Under the pieces are notes generated by a model, which was not told the DNA's origin, did no database searches, and saw nothing but the letters and a program-made list of their open reading frames with translations. This document shows positions 62,114-64,000 of a DNA stretch of 64,000 nucleotides, one piece after another (within the stretch, counting starts at the first letter, position 1; every line of letters starts with the position of its first letter). This DNA comes from Marinicella sp. (lineage in GTDB: Bacteria; Pseudomonadota; Gammaproteobacteria; Xanthomonadales; Marinicellaceae). Where the stretch lies: positions 1,600,001 to 1,664,000 of the forward strand of contig OZ246001.1 in NCBI GenBank assembly GCA_965230295.1. Direction: 5' to 3'. Position numbers and translations under genes: made by a program.

Positions 62114-62887
62114 CTACAAACCTTTGAATTTACCGTTGTTGTTTTTCCATTGGTCTTTGGGTGCGATGGTTTCTGTGGTGTCCCAATGCTCAACGATTTG
62201 TCCGCCAGCGACCCGATAAAGATCAAAAAATGAGGCGGGTTGGTGGTTACAGATGCCTTCACAAACTGACAGCACAAAATCGCCTTCTGCCAGCAATCGA
62301 TGGCAGGTTTGGTAAATGATCAGACTGGGGTGATTTTCTTCATGTTCAATCAATGATCGCAACTCAGATATATCGTCCGACAATTGCGGGTTGTGTTCGA
62401 TGAATTGATCTTGGTTGATGTAAGTATCTAAGGCCGTCACATCTCTTCGGATCAGCACTTGGTTGACAAAAGCCTGTACCAGACTGCGATTCGATGTTGT
62501 CTGCTCAAAGTCACTGGCTTCCGTAACCCCATCCACCATGCTGTGACCCGATGAATTGGGTCCTTTTCTGGGTTGGATGTTGTCCCAATGCTCGACCGCC
62601 CGACCTTGTTCAAAGCGAAATATTTCAAATCCGATGTTGCGCGAAGCAAAGTCATATTCGGTGTGGGCAAAGACAAAATCACCGTCTTCAAAAGCACGCA
62701 CCACATTGACTTTAGGCGCGGTCAACGACAATCGTTTAAACAAAGCAGCCAAACCCTCGCTGCCTTCATGGGTTTGTGGGTTGTGCTGGATGTATTTGGC
62801 CTCGTTAACGACCTGGACAGATTCAGGGTCACCCGTTGCTATGCCTTTGAGCAGCCGGCGGATTTTGTCTTTATTACTCAGATTCAC
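62114..62887 (-). CDS. Tandem SnoaL/NTF2-like domain protein
   Basis: Duplicated YIQHNP/FIEHNP ... VEHWD motifs. Confidence 0.85.
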   Translation of the reverse strand: MNLSNKDKIRRLLKGIATGDPESVQVVNEAKYIQHNPQTHEGSEGLAALFKRLSLTAPKVNVVRAFEDGDFVFAHTEYDFASRNIGFEIFRFEQGRAVEHWDNIQPRKGPNSSGHSMVDGVTEASDFEQTTSNRSLVQAFVNQVLIRRDVTALDTYINQDQFIEHNPQLSDDISELRSLIEHEENHPSLIIYQTCHRLLAEGDFVLSVCEGICNHQPASFFDLYRVAGGQIVEHWDTTETIAPKDQWKNNNGKFKGL

Positions 62888-62906
62888 TGTGTTTTTTTAA
62901 TGGCGG

Positions 62907-63326
62907 TTATTCAAAATAGTCCTGATATTCGTCCAATGTCTGTTTAACAGCCTGGTAAGACTCTTGAGACCCGGTATCTGCCAGTGAATTTACAGCTGAC
63001 ATGTACGGCAACAAAAACACATGCAGCTGGTCATGTGCTGTGCCACTCATGGTACACCCTTGAATCAATTTTTGCAGGTCATCATTAAGCTCTGCCCCCA
63101 TGGTTTTGAGGTCGCCGCCCACATCAACCCGTTGGCTCATGACAACAAACATGTCTCTGGTGTGCGTGTCCATGATCCATTTGGCACCTTGATTCAAAGT
63201 GGGTTGTTTGGCTTCATGACCATGATGGTGAGCATGCTCACCATGCTTTTGGTTTGCATGATGTTCGCTCAATGCCAGCTGTGGGGTGCCCATCAGCAAG
63301 ATGATCAACGTGGTGATTGTTTTCAT
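62907..63326 (-). CDS. Secreted His-rich putative metal-binding protein
   Basis: Signal peptide MKTITT; HHANQKHGEHAHHHGH; L..GAKW..D and GCTM.G.AHDQLH. Confidence 0.7.
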   Translation of the reverse strand: MKTITTLIILLMGTPQLALSEHHANQKHGEHAHHHGHEAKQPTLNQGAKWIMDTHTRDMFVVMSQRVDVGGDLKTMGAELNDDLQKLIQGCTMSGTAHDQLHVFLLPYMSAVNSLADTGSQESYQAVKQTLDEYQDYFE

Positions 63327-63393
63327 AAGAAGTTCTCTATTCCAATTAACATTTGATTTGACCTGTTGTGTGATGACTTTCATTGATATTTGA

Positions 63394-64000
63394 TCAATTG
63401 GGCACTTCAATGCGATACCCCAGTGCTTGTAAAGATGCCAGGTAATCATAACGCCCCAACAAGTTACTCATGGGTAAATAAGCAAAGGTTGAAGCATGGG
63501 TGCTGAGCGCCTGTACAGCTGACTCAAGCCAGGCATCACGCAGGCGATCTGGAATGGCCCTCAGGCCGGTTTCATCAGCAACACCGGAGTTCAAAATGGC
63601 ATCACCACAGGCCAATTCTTGTTCAGGGTTGATCAGCGAAGTGAGTTGGTCTACATGGCCATTTGCCCAGGCATTGGCGCGGGTGCGCATGGCTGGCAAG
63701 TCCTCTTCTAAGCGCACAATGGTGGCTTCAAAACAAGCCAAATCATCTATCTCAGATTTTTTAAATCGTTTGATGGCTCCTTTGGGGTTTTCAATGGCCA
63801 GGGAAATTTCAGGCCTGATTTTTTCCAGTTTGTGTCGTCGGGCCAACTTTCGGACTTTTTTCTCCACCCCGGCATCAAACACCAGGTCATTGTCATCCAA
63901 GGCTTCTTCAAACAGTTTAAAGGCGGCAAACAAGGGGCGGTATTTTTCCACTTTGCGGCTGTTGCCGATGTACAGTTTTTTCAGTTCCAACCAACGTGTA
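63394..64000 (-). CDS. TraB/GumN family protein (C-terminal part)
   Basis: RANAWA.G, WL..A..AL, STFA.LPM..L, L...GY.IE; open to the window edge. Confidence 0.7.
   Translation of the reverse strand, partial: TRWLELKKLYIGNSRKVEKYRPLFAAFKLFEEALDDNDLVFDAGVEKKVRKLARRHKLEKIRPEISLAIENPKGAIKRFKKSEIDDLACFEATIVRLEEDLPAMRTRANAWANGHVDQLTSLINPEQELACGDAILNSGVADETGLRAIPDRLRDAWLESAVQALSTHASTFAYLPMSNLLGRYDYLASLQALGYRIEVPN

Overview
A 64-kb chromosomal window from a gammaproteobacterium. Gene content suggests a Marinicella/Xanthomonadales-like lineage, which is an inference. Most of it is core genes: plsB, hslUV, an ABC-F ATPase, proS, priA, FKBP PPIase, prc, pepQ, tatD, lpxL, sppA, rpoH, dinB, PPi-type pfk, adk, groESL, yadGH-like ABC, ubiG and gph. 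The most striking non-core feature is a small stand-alone GIY-YIG nuclease gene (17932-18246) inside a cluster of short structured repeats with core TGAGCGGAGTCGAA. The nearest copies face inward, two 81-bp direct-repeat blocks flank the gene, and a second repeat is nested inside the first at the same position in both blocks. A gene-less cluster of the same repeat lies at 13012-13139. The layout parallels REP/RAYT systems, with a GIY-YIG enzyme in place of an HUH transposase. Other features: several CGTC-type REPs; a 2.9-kb integrase-less island at tRNA-Thr(TGT) bounded by a perfect 53-bp direct repeat; an overlapping tandem pair of GTPase-DUF697-like genes; a probable phosphorylation-controlled ECF sigma/Ser-Thr kinase pair; a candidate C-rich-loop sRNA downstream of groEL; sigma32, sigmaE and FNR-type promoter motifs; and a rubredoxin missed by the ORF track. 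All calls come from reading the sequence by eye; no database searches were run.
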